From the sequence record MK250027.1: a stretch of DNA of 64,000 nt. One strand, given 5' to 3'. Shown here one piece after another: positions 36,154 through 47,461 of this stretch. Position numbers and translations under genes: made by a program. Below the pieces are notes generated by a model. It saw nothing but the letters and a program-made list of their open reading frames with translations. It searched no databases and was not told the origin of the DNA. Every line of letters starts with the position of its first letter. Within the stretch, counting starts at the first letter, position 1.

Positions 36154-36678
36154 ATGGAAAAGGATATTATATTAGCTAAAGGTAATATATAGAATGTGCT
36201 TAAACGAATAGGCGTATATAAAAGTAATTTATTTTGTATAGGTGAAGATGATATAACAAAATCAGGTGTTATTGTATGTAACGGTGATATTATTTCTTCA
36301 CGTATATTAGATATTACTATAAAGGCCGGTGGTGCAACTGGTAGTATGTTATCATATAATTAGAATTATATTAATCATATAGATGTAAAATATGTTGATC
36401 CTAATGATAAAGATATAAAAACAATGTCATTTAATATACTTGATAATGATGCTTTAATTGAAATTATTAAGTTTATCACAGAAAAATAGCAAGATAAAGA
36501 AAACATCGAAAAAATTGAGAAAAACTAGCTAATTTTTGATGAAAAACTTAAAAAAATCTAGCAATTTTTAATCGAAAATAAAACACAGATAGAATGTATT
36601 GGAGAATTGAAAAACTAGATTTTAGATATGAATAATAAACTTGATGTTTTACTTACAGAAAGAAGTTTAAGACATTAA
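36154..36678 (+). CDS. Hypothetical protein with C-terminal coiled coil, 174 aa; TAG=Gln
   Basis: Manual translation MEKDIILAKGNIQNVLKR..., six TAG. Confidence 0.65.
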
Positions 36679-36701
36679 TTTAATTTTACAATATAATTTA
36701 T

Positions 36702-37646
36702 ATGATGAAGAAATAGAATAATAAATTTGTATCATTTTATGATTATAAGAAAAGTAATTCATTAAGATATAAATTAATGAATGAAAATATAAAGTATAAT
36801 TATGAATATACATCCTATAAGAATGAAATGATATAGTTATATGAAGAATATATAAATAGATATTTTTTAAATACAAGTATATTTAATCCATATGATAATT
36901 ATATTGATTCATTAAATGAAGGATTAATTATGTCATATAATTATGATATATTTGCAGAATATCTTGAGAAATATTCAGGTATAACGGTATTGGATATTAA
37001 TTATGTTGATAATAATGATGCAGATACAAAAATGTTATATTTTATTACATATGAAGATGAATATAATAAGTATAAAGATAAGTTAAAAACGTATATTAAT
37101 AAATGCGGTTATTTTATTTCATTATTAAATAAGTATACATATCAAGGATTAAAGCTAGTAGATATATAGGTTGAACCAAAATTTATTGTGGAAGTAACAT
37201 CAGGTATATATGATAAATATGATTTAATATATGATAAAGAAAATGATGGTATTAAAAATAAATGTAATGGTATTTTATATCATATAACTTTGGATGCAAA
37301 ATATAATAAAATAAAAGATAATGGATTAATACCAAAATCAGGAAATAAAAAATCTATTCATCCTGAAAGAATTTATTTTTATCCATCAAATCTTATAGAT
37401 AAACCTGATATATCATTAATTTCACAAGCAAAATTTTTATATAAACCTAATGGAAAATATATAAATTCTGTTATGAAATATGTAACGAAAAAAGGGTTAA
37501 AAATAGATATATTAAAAATTGATTTATATAAGTATCAAAATATAAAATATAGATTTTTTCAAGATCCTAATCATCCACAAGGAATATTTACATATGAACC
37601 TGTACATCCAGAATGTGTAGAATTATATAAATCATTTTATGTTTAA
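36702..37646 (+). CDS. LNE-motif protein with C-terminal ADP-ribosyltransferase/KptA-like domain; TAG=Gln
   Basis: Joins track ORFs 36930 and 37188 via TAG; LYHITLDAKYNKIKDNGLIPKS...HPERIYF...ILKIDL. Confidence 0.55.
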
Positions 37647-37768
37647 AATATGAGTAAAGAAACAAATATACATTTGAAAGCAATAATATAGGTAATTATA
37701 TTATTTTTAATTTTAGGAATAATATATTTTATAATAACTTTATAATTCAAAATTAAATCTATTTAAGC

Positions 37769-38275
37769 ATGGATCGTGGTGAACGACGTTATCGTCAAAA
37801 GAAAAAGTGGATTTCTCGTTTAAAGAAATTATGGAATTCACATGTATTTTGGAATTATATTTCTCCTGTAAAGAAAAAGAAACCAAAATGTATTAGAGAA
37901 ATGAAAGAACATAGAGCTACATCATGGCAAGATTTTACGAAGGATCATTTTGGTGTATTAGTTAAAAATACAGGAACTGTTATGACTGATAATAAACGTT
38001 TGGATATTACAGAAGAACATAAGAGAAAAATGCAAAACAGAAAACTTACAAAGGAAGATCAAGAAGAAGTTGATGAATATCTTGATAGAAAAGAACATCC
38101 ATATAGGTTTGAAGATTTTTGTTGTAATTGTGATAATTTTCCTGGAGATAGATTATATGAATCTAGAGAATACGATGGTAAAGATGTTTGTCCATTTGTA
38201 GAAAGATTTAAATCTGGTGAATTAAATGGAGATACAGAATGGCAGAAGTTAGGATGTGAAAGTTTTATTGATTAA
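37769..38275 (+). CDS. Hypothetical basic protein
   Basis: ORF. Confidence 0.7.
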   Translation: MDRGERRYRQKKKWISRLKKLWNSHVFWNYISPVKKKKPKCIREMKEHRATSWQDFTKDHFGVLVKNTGTVMTDNKRLDITEEHKRKMQNRKLTKEDQEEVDEYLDRKEHPYRFEDFCCNCDNFPGDRLYESREYDGKDVCPFVERFKSGELNGDTEWQKLGCESFID

Positions 38276-38373
38276 TTAAATATTATTATAGGTGATTAGC
38301 AAATTATAGTTAATCACCTATAACTTTTTATATATTTTCTTATATAATCTTTAACTAATAATATTTTTAATTT

Positions 38374-40095
38374 ATGACAATGATGAAAACAGATATTGAA
38401 ATTTCGCAGAGTGCACAACTTCAAAGTATTGATTATGTATTTGAAAAACTTGTTCCTTATGATGATCGTATAAAAAATGGATATATTGAGCAGTACGGTA
38501 ATTATATGGGTAAAATTCCATTGACATATTTAAAATCAGGAATGGAATGTGCAAATAAACATCTTATTCTTGTAACTTCAATTAGTCCTACTAAATCTGG
38601 TATTGGTAAGACAACTGTAAGTGTAGGATTGAATGATGCACTTAAGAAATTAAAGAAAAATTCCATTGCGGTATTGAGAGAACCTTCTCTTGGACCATGT
38701 TTTGGTATGAAAGGAGGCGCATGTGGAGGTGGTTATTCACAAGTAGTACCAATGGATAAGATTAATCTTCATTTCACGGGAGATTTTCATGCAATTACAA
38801 CAGCAAATAATATGATTGCTTCTGCAATCGATAATTATTTCTATCATAATCCAGAAAAAGAATTAGATATAAAGAAAATTACATTTAGACGCTGTTTAGA
38901 TATTAATGATAGGTCTCTTAGAACTATTTACACAACACAGCGATATGGAAAACTTATTCAAACAGGATTTGATATTACACCAGCATCAGAAATGATGGCA
39001 ATTTTTTGCATGGCATATGATATAGATGATTTACGTAAACGTATTGATAAAATTATCATTGCAGAGCGAGAAGATGGTAGTTTTATGTATTGTAAAGAAT
39101 TAGGAATAACCGGTTCAATTGTTGCATTGTTATCAGATGCGATTAAACCTAATTTAGTACAGAGTCTTTATAATAATCCTGTTATTATTCATGGTGGTCC
39201 ATTCGCTAATATTGCACATGGTTGTAATTCAGTTATCGCAACACGTATGGGATTGTCATTATGCGATTATGTTGTAACAGAAGCAGGATTCGGTTCAGAC
39301 CTTGGTGCTGAAAAATTCATTGATATTAAATGTAGAACTGCAGGTTTTTCGCCAGATGTTATTGTATTGGTTGCGACTATTCCAGGTTTGAAAAATCAAG
39401 GTGGTTGTAAAGATATAACAAAGGAAGATACAAGATCACTTGAGACAGGACTCAAGAACCTTGATCAACATTTGAATGCACTTAATACATTTGGTTATAA
39501 GATTATTGTCACTAATAATGTATATGATACAGATACGCGAAATGAACAGATAATTCTTGAGAATTTCTGTAAGAGTAGAAAGGTAAAGTGTATTAAGAAT
39601 ACATGCTATGTAGATGGTAGAGATGGAGCATTAAATTTAGCACAAGAAGTTATTGATACCATTGATAATACGAAGCATATAGCATTTCCAAATTGGGCAT
39701 ATCAAAAATATGATAATATAAAAGATAAGATTTCAGATCTTTGCGAAAATATTTACGGTATAAATCCAGATAATATACGTTATTCATATAAGGCTGAAAA
39801 GTTTATTGAGAAATATGATAAGACATATGAGAATTATAAGGATGAATTAATTCAGGAAATTAGTGAATATCCTATTTGTATGGCAAAGACACAATATTCA
39901 TTTTCAGATAATCCATCAGTATTGCCAGTACCAACACATGATACTACATTTACTATTGATGAAATTAAAATTAATAGAGGTGCTGGATTTTTAGTTGTTA
40001 TTGCAGGTAATATGATGCGAATGCCGGGTTTACCAAAAGAACCAGCAGCAAAGAAAATAGATTATGTTGATGGAAAAATTACAGGATTGAATTAA
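38374..40095 (+). CDS. fhs: Formate--tetrahydrofolate ligase
   Basis: SPTKSGIGKTT, LREPSLGP, KGGACGGGYSQV, NLHFTGDFHAIT, HGGPFANIAHGCNS, VTEAGFGSDLGAEKF, MPGLPKEPAA. Confidence 0.97.
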   Translation: MTMMKTDIEISQSAQLQSIDYVFEKLVPYDDRIKNGYIEQYGNYMGKIPLTYLKSGMECANKHLILVTSISPTKSGIGKTTVSVGLNDALKKLKKNSIAVLREPSLGPCFGMKGGACGGGYSQVVPMDKINLHFTGDFHAITTANNMIASAIDNYFYHNPEKELDIKKITFRRCLDINDRSLRTIYTTQRYGKLIQTGFDITPASEMMAIFCMAYDIDDLRKRIDKIIIAEREDGSFMYCKELGITGSIVALLSDAIKPNLVQSLYNNPVIIHGGPFANIAHGCNSVIATRMGLSLCDYVVTEAGFGSDLGAEKFIDIKCRTAGFSPDVIVLVATIPGLKNQGGCKDITKEDTRSLETGLKNLDQHLNALNTFGYKIIVTNNVYDTDTRNEQIILENFCKSRKVKCIKNTCYVDGRDGALNLAQEVIDTIDNTKHIAFPNWAYQKYDNIKDKISDLCENIYGINPDNIRYSYKAEKFIEKYDKTYENYKDELIQEISEYPICMAKTQYSFSDNPSVLPVPTHDTTFTIDEIKINRGAGFLVVIAGNMMRMPGLPKEPAAKKIDYVDGKITGLN

Positions 40096-41180
40096 TGAAT
40101 GATAAAATAATAGATATAAATGAGTGGTTGAGATGGGTGATTTCCTTACATCCATCTCAAAAACAAATTAATACCATAAAACCATATTGGAAATGCAACT
40201 CTAAGGGAGATTATCTTAAAGTATTTAAAAAAGATATAGGACGATTTGGTAAACCTATACCAAATATTAATGATACAGAATGGATAGATGGTAAATATTC
40301 ATGGGAGTTAGATAGATTATTTGATATATATAAATTTGTTCCTAATTGTGAACAACTCGCAAAGGTTAATATAGGATATTTTGTATTAAAAGAAACATTA
40401 GACAATGATAAATGGAAATATTATATTCAAGTGATAAAACAATATGATAAAGAAGTGAAAGATTATAAAGGTGGTCCATTTACATTTAGAATTATAATGG
40501 TAGACTTTGGTATTTTTAAATTATACGCACGTCAAACAAGAGAATTAGAAGGTGACCATAAACATGTAATGTATTCTAATATTAAAAATAAAGAATTAGA
40601 GGAACAAAATAAGTTTATTGAATGCTGGAGTGATGATCAATGTATATTCATATCTATACCAGGACTAAAAATCAATAAAGATTTAATAAAAGGTAAATCT
40701 CAAAAAATTGAATTACAAAAAGAAAAACGTTTATATTGTTTTAATGATAATAATGGAAACAAATATCAATTACCAGAATTATATTATCCTACAAATATAA
40801 GAACATTTATTGATTATTGTATAGATAAAAAAATATTACCATTTTCAAAAACTGTTAGAATTTGGTCTAAAACTGATTATTATGAGATATATTCAGACCC
40901 TGAAAATAAATCGTTCAAAGATTATATGTCAGAGGACGAAATGTTATATCGTTATCCATTTCCTATGATGAATATTAAATCAAAAAAAGAAATAAAAGAA
41001 TATATTAATGATAGGAAGCAAAAACATGCATGGGAAATAAATCGAGGTTTACCAAAAACAGTTACAATAAATTATAATATAAATGATATATTCGTACCTA
41101 TTGATTCAATTACGCAAGATATATGTAATGAATTTATATATAAGATGAATAATAGTAAATTATATGAAATAATACAATGA
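40095..41180 (+). CDS. Hypothetical protein
   Basis: 361-aa ORF coupled to fhs. Confidence 0.75.
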   Translation: MNDKIIDINEWLRWVISLHPSQKQINTIKPYWKCNSKGDYLKVFKKDIGRFGKPIPNINDTEWIDGKYSWELDRLFDIYKFVPNCEQLAKVNIGYFVLKETLDNDKWKYYIQVIKQYDKEVKDYKGGPFTFRIIMVDFGIFKLYARQTRELEGDHKHVMYSNIKNKELEEQNKFIECWSDDQCIFISIPGLKINKDLIKGKSQKIELQKEKRLYCFNDNNGNKYQLPELYYPTNIRTFIDYCIDKKILPFSKTVRIWSKTDYYEIYSDPENKSFKDYMSEDEMLYRYPFPMMNIKSKKEIKEYINDRKQKHAWEINRGLPKTVTINYNINDIFVPIDSITQDICNEFIYKMNNSKLYEIIQ

Positions 41181-41671
41181 ATAAGGAATTACAACAATAT
41201 ATAAATAAAGCAGATAATTCTCAAAATATAAAGTATTTTGAGAATATGATGAATGCTTTATATAATAAAGCATATGAATATCGTAAATTAAGAGATGAAG
41301 CAATTATATCTAATAAAGATTTGAGAGGAAAATATGTAAGGTTATCAAAAGAACGAGATTATGATAATCCAGTATATATGCATGTAGTTAATCAGTTCGT
41401 TACAAATGATGGTGGTAGAGATAGATACCAAGTATATCTTGAAGGATTAACATTTAGATATAGTGATGCAACTATATATTTGGATAATATATGGCAAGAA
41501 GTAGATGGATGTAGACAAATTCATTATGATATTCATGAATTTGAAAATCTTCAAGTTAAATATTTAACAGAAGGAGAATTCAGAAAGTTATATATGGAAA
41601 TGGTTAGTAATATGGTATCTATTTATGAACATGCAGAAAAGTTAATAAATAATAAAATTTCATCAAAATAA
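41177..41671 (+). CDS. Hypothetical protein
   Basis: ORF with ATGA overlap. Confidence 0.75.
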   Translation: MNKELQQYINKADNSQNIKYFENMMNALYNKAYEYRKLRDEAIISNKDLRGKYVRLSKERDYDNPVYMHVVNQFVTNDGGRDRYQVYLEGLTFRYSDATIYLDNIWQEVDGCRQIHYDIHEFENLQVKYLTEGEFRKLYMEMVSNMVSIYEHAEKLINNKISSK

Positions 41672-41814
41672 TTTTAGACTTTATTAATATAATTATATAT
41701 AAAATACATAACGAATGTTAATTATAAGTTAAGTTATTTTAATTATTAAAATTAAAATTAAAAATATTTTAGACTTTTTTAACATTCTTATGTAAAATAT
41801 ACATAAGATTTTAA

Positions 41815-42225
41815 ATGATTGAATTTCTATATAAAGGACAAAAATGTTTTACTAATAATCTTCCGAAGAAATTAAAGAGAATGAAGATTACAAAGGATGA
41901 TATAGAAATCCTTAGAGAATTTGATGAAACTGAAAAGAAAGTAAAACCAGAAGATAATAACAATGAATTTGATGATTGGATTAAAGTTGTATATTGGGAT
42001 CCTATTACAAATTATACACATATTGGTTTTACACATGGTATGAATAAACCTGATAAAAATGAATTTTTTAAAAATTCTAAATGGAATGAAGAAACAAAAA
42101 CAGGGTTAAAATATTGTACTAAAGAATGGATTGATAATGTTGTTTTGTTAAATGGAATACCTAAATATCCTATTGTAATAGGTGATGATGGTAAACCTGT
42201 GTTAGAAACAAAATATAATTGGTAA
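41815..42225 (+). CDS. Hypothetical protein
   Basis: ORF. Confidence 0.7.
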   Translation: MIEFLYKGQKCFTNNLPKKLKRMKITKDDIEILREFDETEKKVKPEDNNNEFDDWIKVVYWDPITNYTHIGFTHGMNKPDKNEFFKNSKWNEETKTGLKYCTKEWIDNVVLLNGIPKYPIVIGDDGKPVLETKYNW

Positions 42226-42231
42226 TTATTA

Positions 42232-42993
42232 ATGTCTAAAGATGATTTAGTAAATATACAAGAACAACCAGGAATTTATATGATTTAGAATGATATAAAT
42301 AAAAAATGTTATATAGGCTAGAGTATAAATTTACATACAAGATTGTTACATCATATAAATAATTCTATAAATAATCGTTATAATGCACCAATATATAGAA
42401 CATTTAAAAAATATGGTATAGAAAATTTTTCTGTATATATTTTAAAAAAATTTGATAATCCTATAACTACATATATTAAAGAATAGTTAGATATTTATGA
42501 GAAGAAATATATTAATGAATATAATAGTTATGGAAGCACGGGATATAATCAAACAAAAGGTGGTGATGGAGGTATAGATGGATATAAATTTACTAAAGAA
42601 CAAAAATTAACAATTTCTAAAAATTCGTATAAAATATAGAATGATGGTAGAAATACAATATATTGTTATGATATAAAAAATAATAAATTTATTGAATCAA
42701 CATCATTATAGGAATTAAAACGATAGTTAAATGTTAATTTTAGAACAGGATGTATTAGAAATTTATTAATATATAATCAATATATTTTATCACGTTCAAA
42801 AGATGATTTATTATAGAAAATTAATAAGTATAATAATAAATTATAGGAGTATAATACAAATGGTTGTAGTAAATTAACTCATGAAATGAAAGATGATATA
42901 ATTAATAATATATCAGAAAAAGAATTTCTTAGTAAATATAATGTATGTAAATCTACATATTATCATTATAAAGAAAAATTAAATATATCTTAA
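42232..42993 (+). CDS. GIY-YIG homing endonuclease, 253 aa; TAG=Gln; absent from the track
   Basis: PGIYMI(Q)NDINKKCYIG(Q)SINLHTRLLHH...YEKKYI...GYNQTKGG; TAG falls on the conserved YIGQS Gln. Confidence 0.9.
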
Positions 42994-43016
42994 TTGCGTG
43001 TATTAAGATATAGTAT

Positions 43017-43088
43017 TGGGGATTAGTATAGTGGTCAGTACAGAGGTCTCTAAAACCTTTAGGCCGAGTTCGAGTCTCGGATCCCCAA
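43017..43088 (+). tRNA. Amber suppressor tRNA (anticodon CUA), Gln-type
   Basis: Acceptor TGGGGAT/ATCCCCA (U1-A72), D stem GTAT/GTAC, anticodon arm GAGGT-CTCTAAA-ACCTT, T arm CCGAG-TTCGAGT-CTCGG. Confidence 0.92.
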
Positions 43089-43130
43089 CAATTAAATGAC
43101 ATAAGTAATATTTTAAAGATTTGATGAATT

Positions 43131-43415
43131 ATGAAGCAGAAGACAATTATTAAGACAGAATATTACGCAGATGATGGTAGAGTATTTAATAATGAGAATG
43201 ATTGTAAGTTATATGAGGATAAAGTGAAAATTCCAAAGATTGGATTATACTCGGTTATTGATAAGTATGACGCTAAATCAGTTGTTAATTATATAGATTT
43301 GATTTTAGGACAATATAATGTTATTGGAGATTCATATATTAGAGATACTAAAATTAAAAATATGTTAACACATCTTCAAAAACAATTTTCTAGTTATTTA
43401 CCGGATGAAAAGTAA
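43131..43415 (+). CDS. Hypothetical protein
   Basis: ORF. Confidence 0.7.
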   Translation: MKQKTIIKTEYYADDGRVFNNENDCKLYEDKVKIPKIGLYSVIDKYDAKSVVNYIDLILGQYNVIGDSYIRDTKIKNMLTHLQKQFSSYLPDEK

Positions 43416-43461
43416 TATATAAGATGTCTTATTCTATTAAAAATAATAGTGAGATGATTTA

Positions 43462-43680
43462 ATGAATAAGGAAGATATATTGAAGAATGAATATACAGAA
43501 ATTGCAGACTTAGCAACAAGAATGATTAATAATGCAAAAGAAGCAGAAGCATTATATAATGAAGTAAAGAGAATTAATAGTATGCAATTAATAGAAGATA
43601 ATTTATTTAACCTTCAATTTGTAATGAATTGGCAGGATATTTTGAATAAGGTATCTATTACACAGGTTGAAGATTGTTAA
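43462..43680 (+). CDS. Hypothetical protein
   Basis: ORF. Confidence 0.65.
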   Translation: MNKEDILKNEYTEIADLATRMINNAKEAEALYNEVKRINSMQLIEDNLFNLQFVMNWQDILNKVSITQVEDC

Positions 43681-43738
43681 GAAATATAAGGTCGAGATTA
43701 TTTTTTAGTCTCGACTTTTTTAATTAAAATATTTTATG

Positions 43739-43746
43739 TATCTTTG
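43739..43746 (+). promoter_or_regulatory. Bacteroidota -7 promoter element
   Basis: TATCTTTG. Confidence 0.75.
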
Positions 43747-43773
43747 AATTGTTAAATATAAAAATAGAATTTT

Positions 43774-44574
43774 ATGAAAGCTAAATCATATATATTTGTA
43801 CATAATAAAGAAAAATCTACATATAATATTCCAGACGAATATTTTGTAGATAATACAAATCTTAGAATAACTCATTTTAATACAGAAAATAGTTATTTTA
43901 ATATATCTGCATATGGATTTCTTATTAAGAAAGATATTTTTGATAAAGAATGTAAATCATTTTATACATTAAATCCTGTATCTAAATATACAAATGGTGA
44001 TATTAATGGAAGACGCATTGCATTTGTAAAAATTAATAAAGAATTACCAAAATATGATTTAACCGGAAATGCTATTAAAAGTTCTTTATCTTCAGATAAT
44101 TGGACAGTTGTAAATGTTATAGATAATACATCAAGATGGACAAGAATTCCAGATGATTGTTATTTACTTACACCAAAGTTTAAATCAAGTGGACTTAAAA
44201 TTCGGTGTTTTGAAAAAGAAGAAGATGCTATTGCTGAATATAATAAAAATGAAGAGAAAAAATCAGCAAATAAAAAAGCAAAATGGAACGCAATAAATAC
44301 GGCGCCAAATAATGGTAATATCAATTTAGCAACACTTAAATATAAAGTTGAACGAATTCATATAAAGACAAATTATTTGAAGGATGTTCATGAAGGTGAT
44401 ATTATATATGGCGTTATTTCTGTATTAGAGAATGGTAAGAATAAACTTAATGTATCATCTCATTATGCAAATTATGTAGATGTATATGTTAATGATAAAT
44501 TATATAAAACAGTTCCCATGAATGTATTTGGAGATTTACTTTCAAAACATTTACAATTATCTGTTTTTGTTTAA
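43774..44574 (+). CDS. Early hypothetical protein
   Basis: 266-aa ORF. Confidence 0.75.
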   Translation: MKAKSYIFVHNKEKSTYNIPDEYFVDNTNLRITHFNTENSYFNISAYGFLIKKDIFDKECKSFYTLNPVSKYTNGDINGRRIAFVKINKELPKYDLTGNAIKSSLSSDNWTVVNVIDNTSRWTRIPDDCYLLTPKFKSSGLKIRCFEKEEDAIAEYNKNEEKKSANKKAKWNAINTAPNNGNINLATLKYKVERIHIKTNYLKDVHEGDIIYGVISVLENGKNKLNVSSHYANYVDVYVNDKLYKTVPMNVFGDLLSKHLQLSVFV

Positions 44575-44600
44575 TTAATAATCTTAAAAATAATTTTAAT

Positions 44601-44903
44601 ATGAAATTTTCAACATATATTAATAATATAATAGATGCAATATTTTTTCCGAATTTTCTTATTGAAGAACGGGAAGATAATAAGAAATTAAATGAATCAT
44701 ATAAAAATTATATCAAATCAATTAATGATTATGGTGATTCAGGATGGAAAGAAGCAACTAAATATGCGAAGTTAGTAGATAATTTAAGTTATCAACTAGA
44801 TGTATTAGCAAGGGATTATAAGAATTTAACAAATATAAATAGAGATTTAAAAAGAAAATTAGAACGGTATTATAAAACAGGAAAAAATTCTAAGAAAAAG
44901 TAA
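44601..44903 (+). CDS. Hypothetical protein (coiled coil)
   Basis: ORF. Confidence 0.7.
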   Translation: MKFSTYINNIIDAIFFPNFLIEEREDNKKLNESYKNYIKSINDYGDSGWKEATKYAKLVDNLSYQLDVLARDYKNLTNINRDLKRKLERYYKTGKNSKKK

Positions 44904-44944
44904 ACTATTTTATATTTCTTATATATAAATAATATAATTATTAA

Positions 44945-45351
44945 GGGGATGAATTTGGATTTGCTTATTAATTATGTGGTAATAAATCGTGTAGGAAAGT
45001 TAATAGCCTTTTGTAGTAATACAAAGAAACTTAGCAAATAAATTTAAATGACGACGAAATAGAATTTCGTATGGCAGCTTAATCCTGATAGGATTGGTAA
45101 TATACACCCATTGAAGCATTTGCTCCTTATACGGTAAGTTTGAGCATTGCCACGGAGTTCGTAAGAGTGATAATCTCTGTTAAATAAAACTCTTACATAT
45201 ACTTATTCATTGTCCAATAAGAGTGATTATGACATTAAACTGTTTAACTCTAATAACACAGATATAAATGAAAACTAATAAAGACATACGCACGTAGATA
45301 GTTTATTATTGACATGTTAGTAATACGTGGTTTCGAGTACCACCATCTCCA
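44945..45351 (+). ncRNA. ssrA: tmRNA; tag reading frame ...DDEIEFRMAA* (about 45050-45082)
   Basis: 5' GGGGATG pairs with 3' CATCTCC-A including the G3-U70 Ala determinant; T arm GTGGT-TTCGAGT-ACCAC; internal tag ending AA-stop; exact resume codon uncertain. Confidence 0.88.
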
Positions 45352-45490
45352 CATTTTTAGATTATATTTCATAATATAGAATTTTTAATTGTTTAATTTT
45401 GTAAATGAGTTGTATGTTTAGATAAACATATGACTCATTTTTTTGTATAATAATAAATAAGATAATAAAACTAAATATAAGCATAAATAT

Positions 45491-47377
45491 ATGCCAACTA
45501 AATTTATAGCAAGAAAGTTTAATCCAGGGAAAGCAGATCATAATAAAATAAATACACTTATTAATCTGTCTTCACTTAGTTTAAATTCAGCATAGAGTAT
45601 TCTTAAAACTTCATTGGCTTTAGGATCTACTCAAACAAGTAATTATTCTGGTGATTCATTAACACCGTTTAATGATATTTTAAATCAAGATTAGAATAAG
45701 TTTACATAGTATGCAGATATTACTAAAAATACAAGTTAGTCTTATGCATACTATGATTTGTCATATCAATAGAGAAGAGAATAGTTAAGGTAGTTTGCTT
45801 CACAACAAACTATTTCATTTGTTTTAGATACTATTGCAGATGAATCTATTATATTGGATGAAAATAATTATTTTGCATAGTTAGATTTAAATCTTCTTAA
45901 ATTAAAACTTAATACTAATTATAAAGGTGCAAATGGAGAAACTGCTGATGATTTAATAAAGAATTGTCAGAAAGCATTTAAGATTATATATTCAACATAT
46001 GGATGGGATAAATCTAATGATGCATGGAATTATTTTAAGAAATTTCTTATAGAAGGTTATCTTGCATTTGAGATTGTTGTTGATAATCTTATGAAACCTA
46101 CAAGAATCATAGGTATGAGGGAATTGGATCCTGCTACATTGGAACCTGATATTGAAATTGATCCAATGACAAATAAAGAAGTAAAGGTTTGGTATCAATA
46201 TAAAGGTGACGCATAGTTAGAAAGGAAAATTCCAGATTCTAATATTGTATATATATCATGGTCAACAGGTATGTATGGAGAGTAGTCACGTGTATCATAT
46301 CTAGAAGGTTTAATAAGATCATATACAATGTTAACATAGTTGGAGACTTCTCGTATGGTATGGAATATCATGAATGCATAGAAAAGAGTTAAAGTAGGTA
46401 TTCCTGTAGGTAATATTTCTTAGGATAAAGCTCGTGCACGCGTAAATGAAGTTAAAGCAGATTGGAATGAAGAAACAACAGTTGATGAAATATCAGGTGA
46501 GATGGTAGTAAATGGACAACCACGATTCTCATTTTCAAAGACACATTTCTTCCCTGTACGTGATGGTAATTCAATGACTATAGAAGAAATCCCAACAGAA
46601 GGATATGATTTAAGTGATATTACTCCATTGAAATATTTCTGGAGGCGTTTTATATTAGAAACTAAAATACCAGCTAATAGATTTATGATTGATCCTGCAG
46701 CAGAAGGAGCGCATCCATTGGGTGGTGATGATGCAAGTATAACACGAGAGGAATATGCGTTTGGACGTTTTATTAGTCGTGTTAGAAATATATATCGTGA
46801 AATTTTGTTAAAACCATTATGGGTACAAATATGTTTAATGATGCCAGAGTTAGCAAGTTCTGAATTATTGAAACAATGTATAGGTATTGTTTTTAATGAA
46901 GAAAATATGTTTGTTAAAGCAAAAGAAAGAACTGCGTTAAAACAAGGCGCGGAAATTATAGGTACATTAGCATAGATTCAATTAGGTGAGAATAAACCAT
47001 TCTTTAGTATGAAATTCTTAATTGAGAAATTCTTAGGTATGTCTGATGAAGATTTTGCACTTAATGAGAAATATAAACAAGGTGAAATTATAGAGCGCTT
47101 AGAACAAGCTAAAACTATTAAACAACATCAAGAAATGGGTAAACAAGTTGGTGAACAACAAGGTAATGGAACTCCTGGTGAAATGGATTTCGGCGGAGGT
47201 TCTGATGCAGGTGGCGGAAGTTCATTTGACGATTCATTTGGAGGCGGTTCTGATGCAGGCGGTGATTTTTCTGGAGGTGATGAAGTATTCTCTGGTGGTG
47301 ACACTGGTATGGGATCCGGTGGTTCTGAAATTGCAGATACTGGTGGCGGTGATGAAGGTGGAGGTGACTTCGCTTAA
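45491..47377 (+). CDS. Portal vertex protein (T4 gp20-like), 628 aa; many TAG=Gln
   Basis: LDTIADESI, GIPVGNIS.DKA, FFPVRDG..TIEEIP, LKYFWRR...IPANRF, ITREEYAFGRFISRVR; Gly/Asp-rich tail. Confidence 0.88.
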
Positions 47378-47461
47378 TCAAAATATTAAAGGATTAGATA
47401 TTGAATTATCTAATCCTTTATTCATTTAAAAATAAATATATTAAAATATATTATTATAATA

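Noticed and set aside
47180-47377. GC-rich GGTTCTGATGCAGG repeats as a foreign insertion
   Set aside because: Encode the low-complexity Gly/Asp tail of the portal protein
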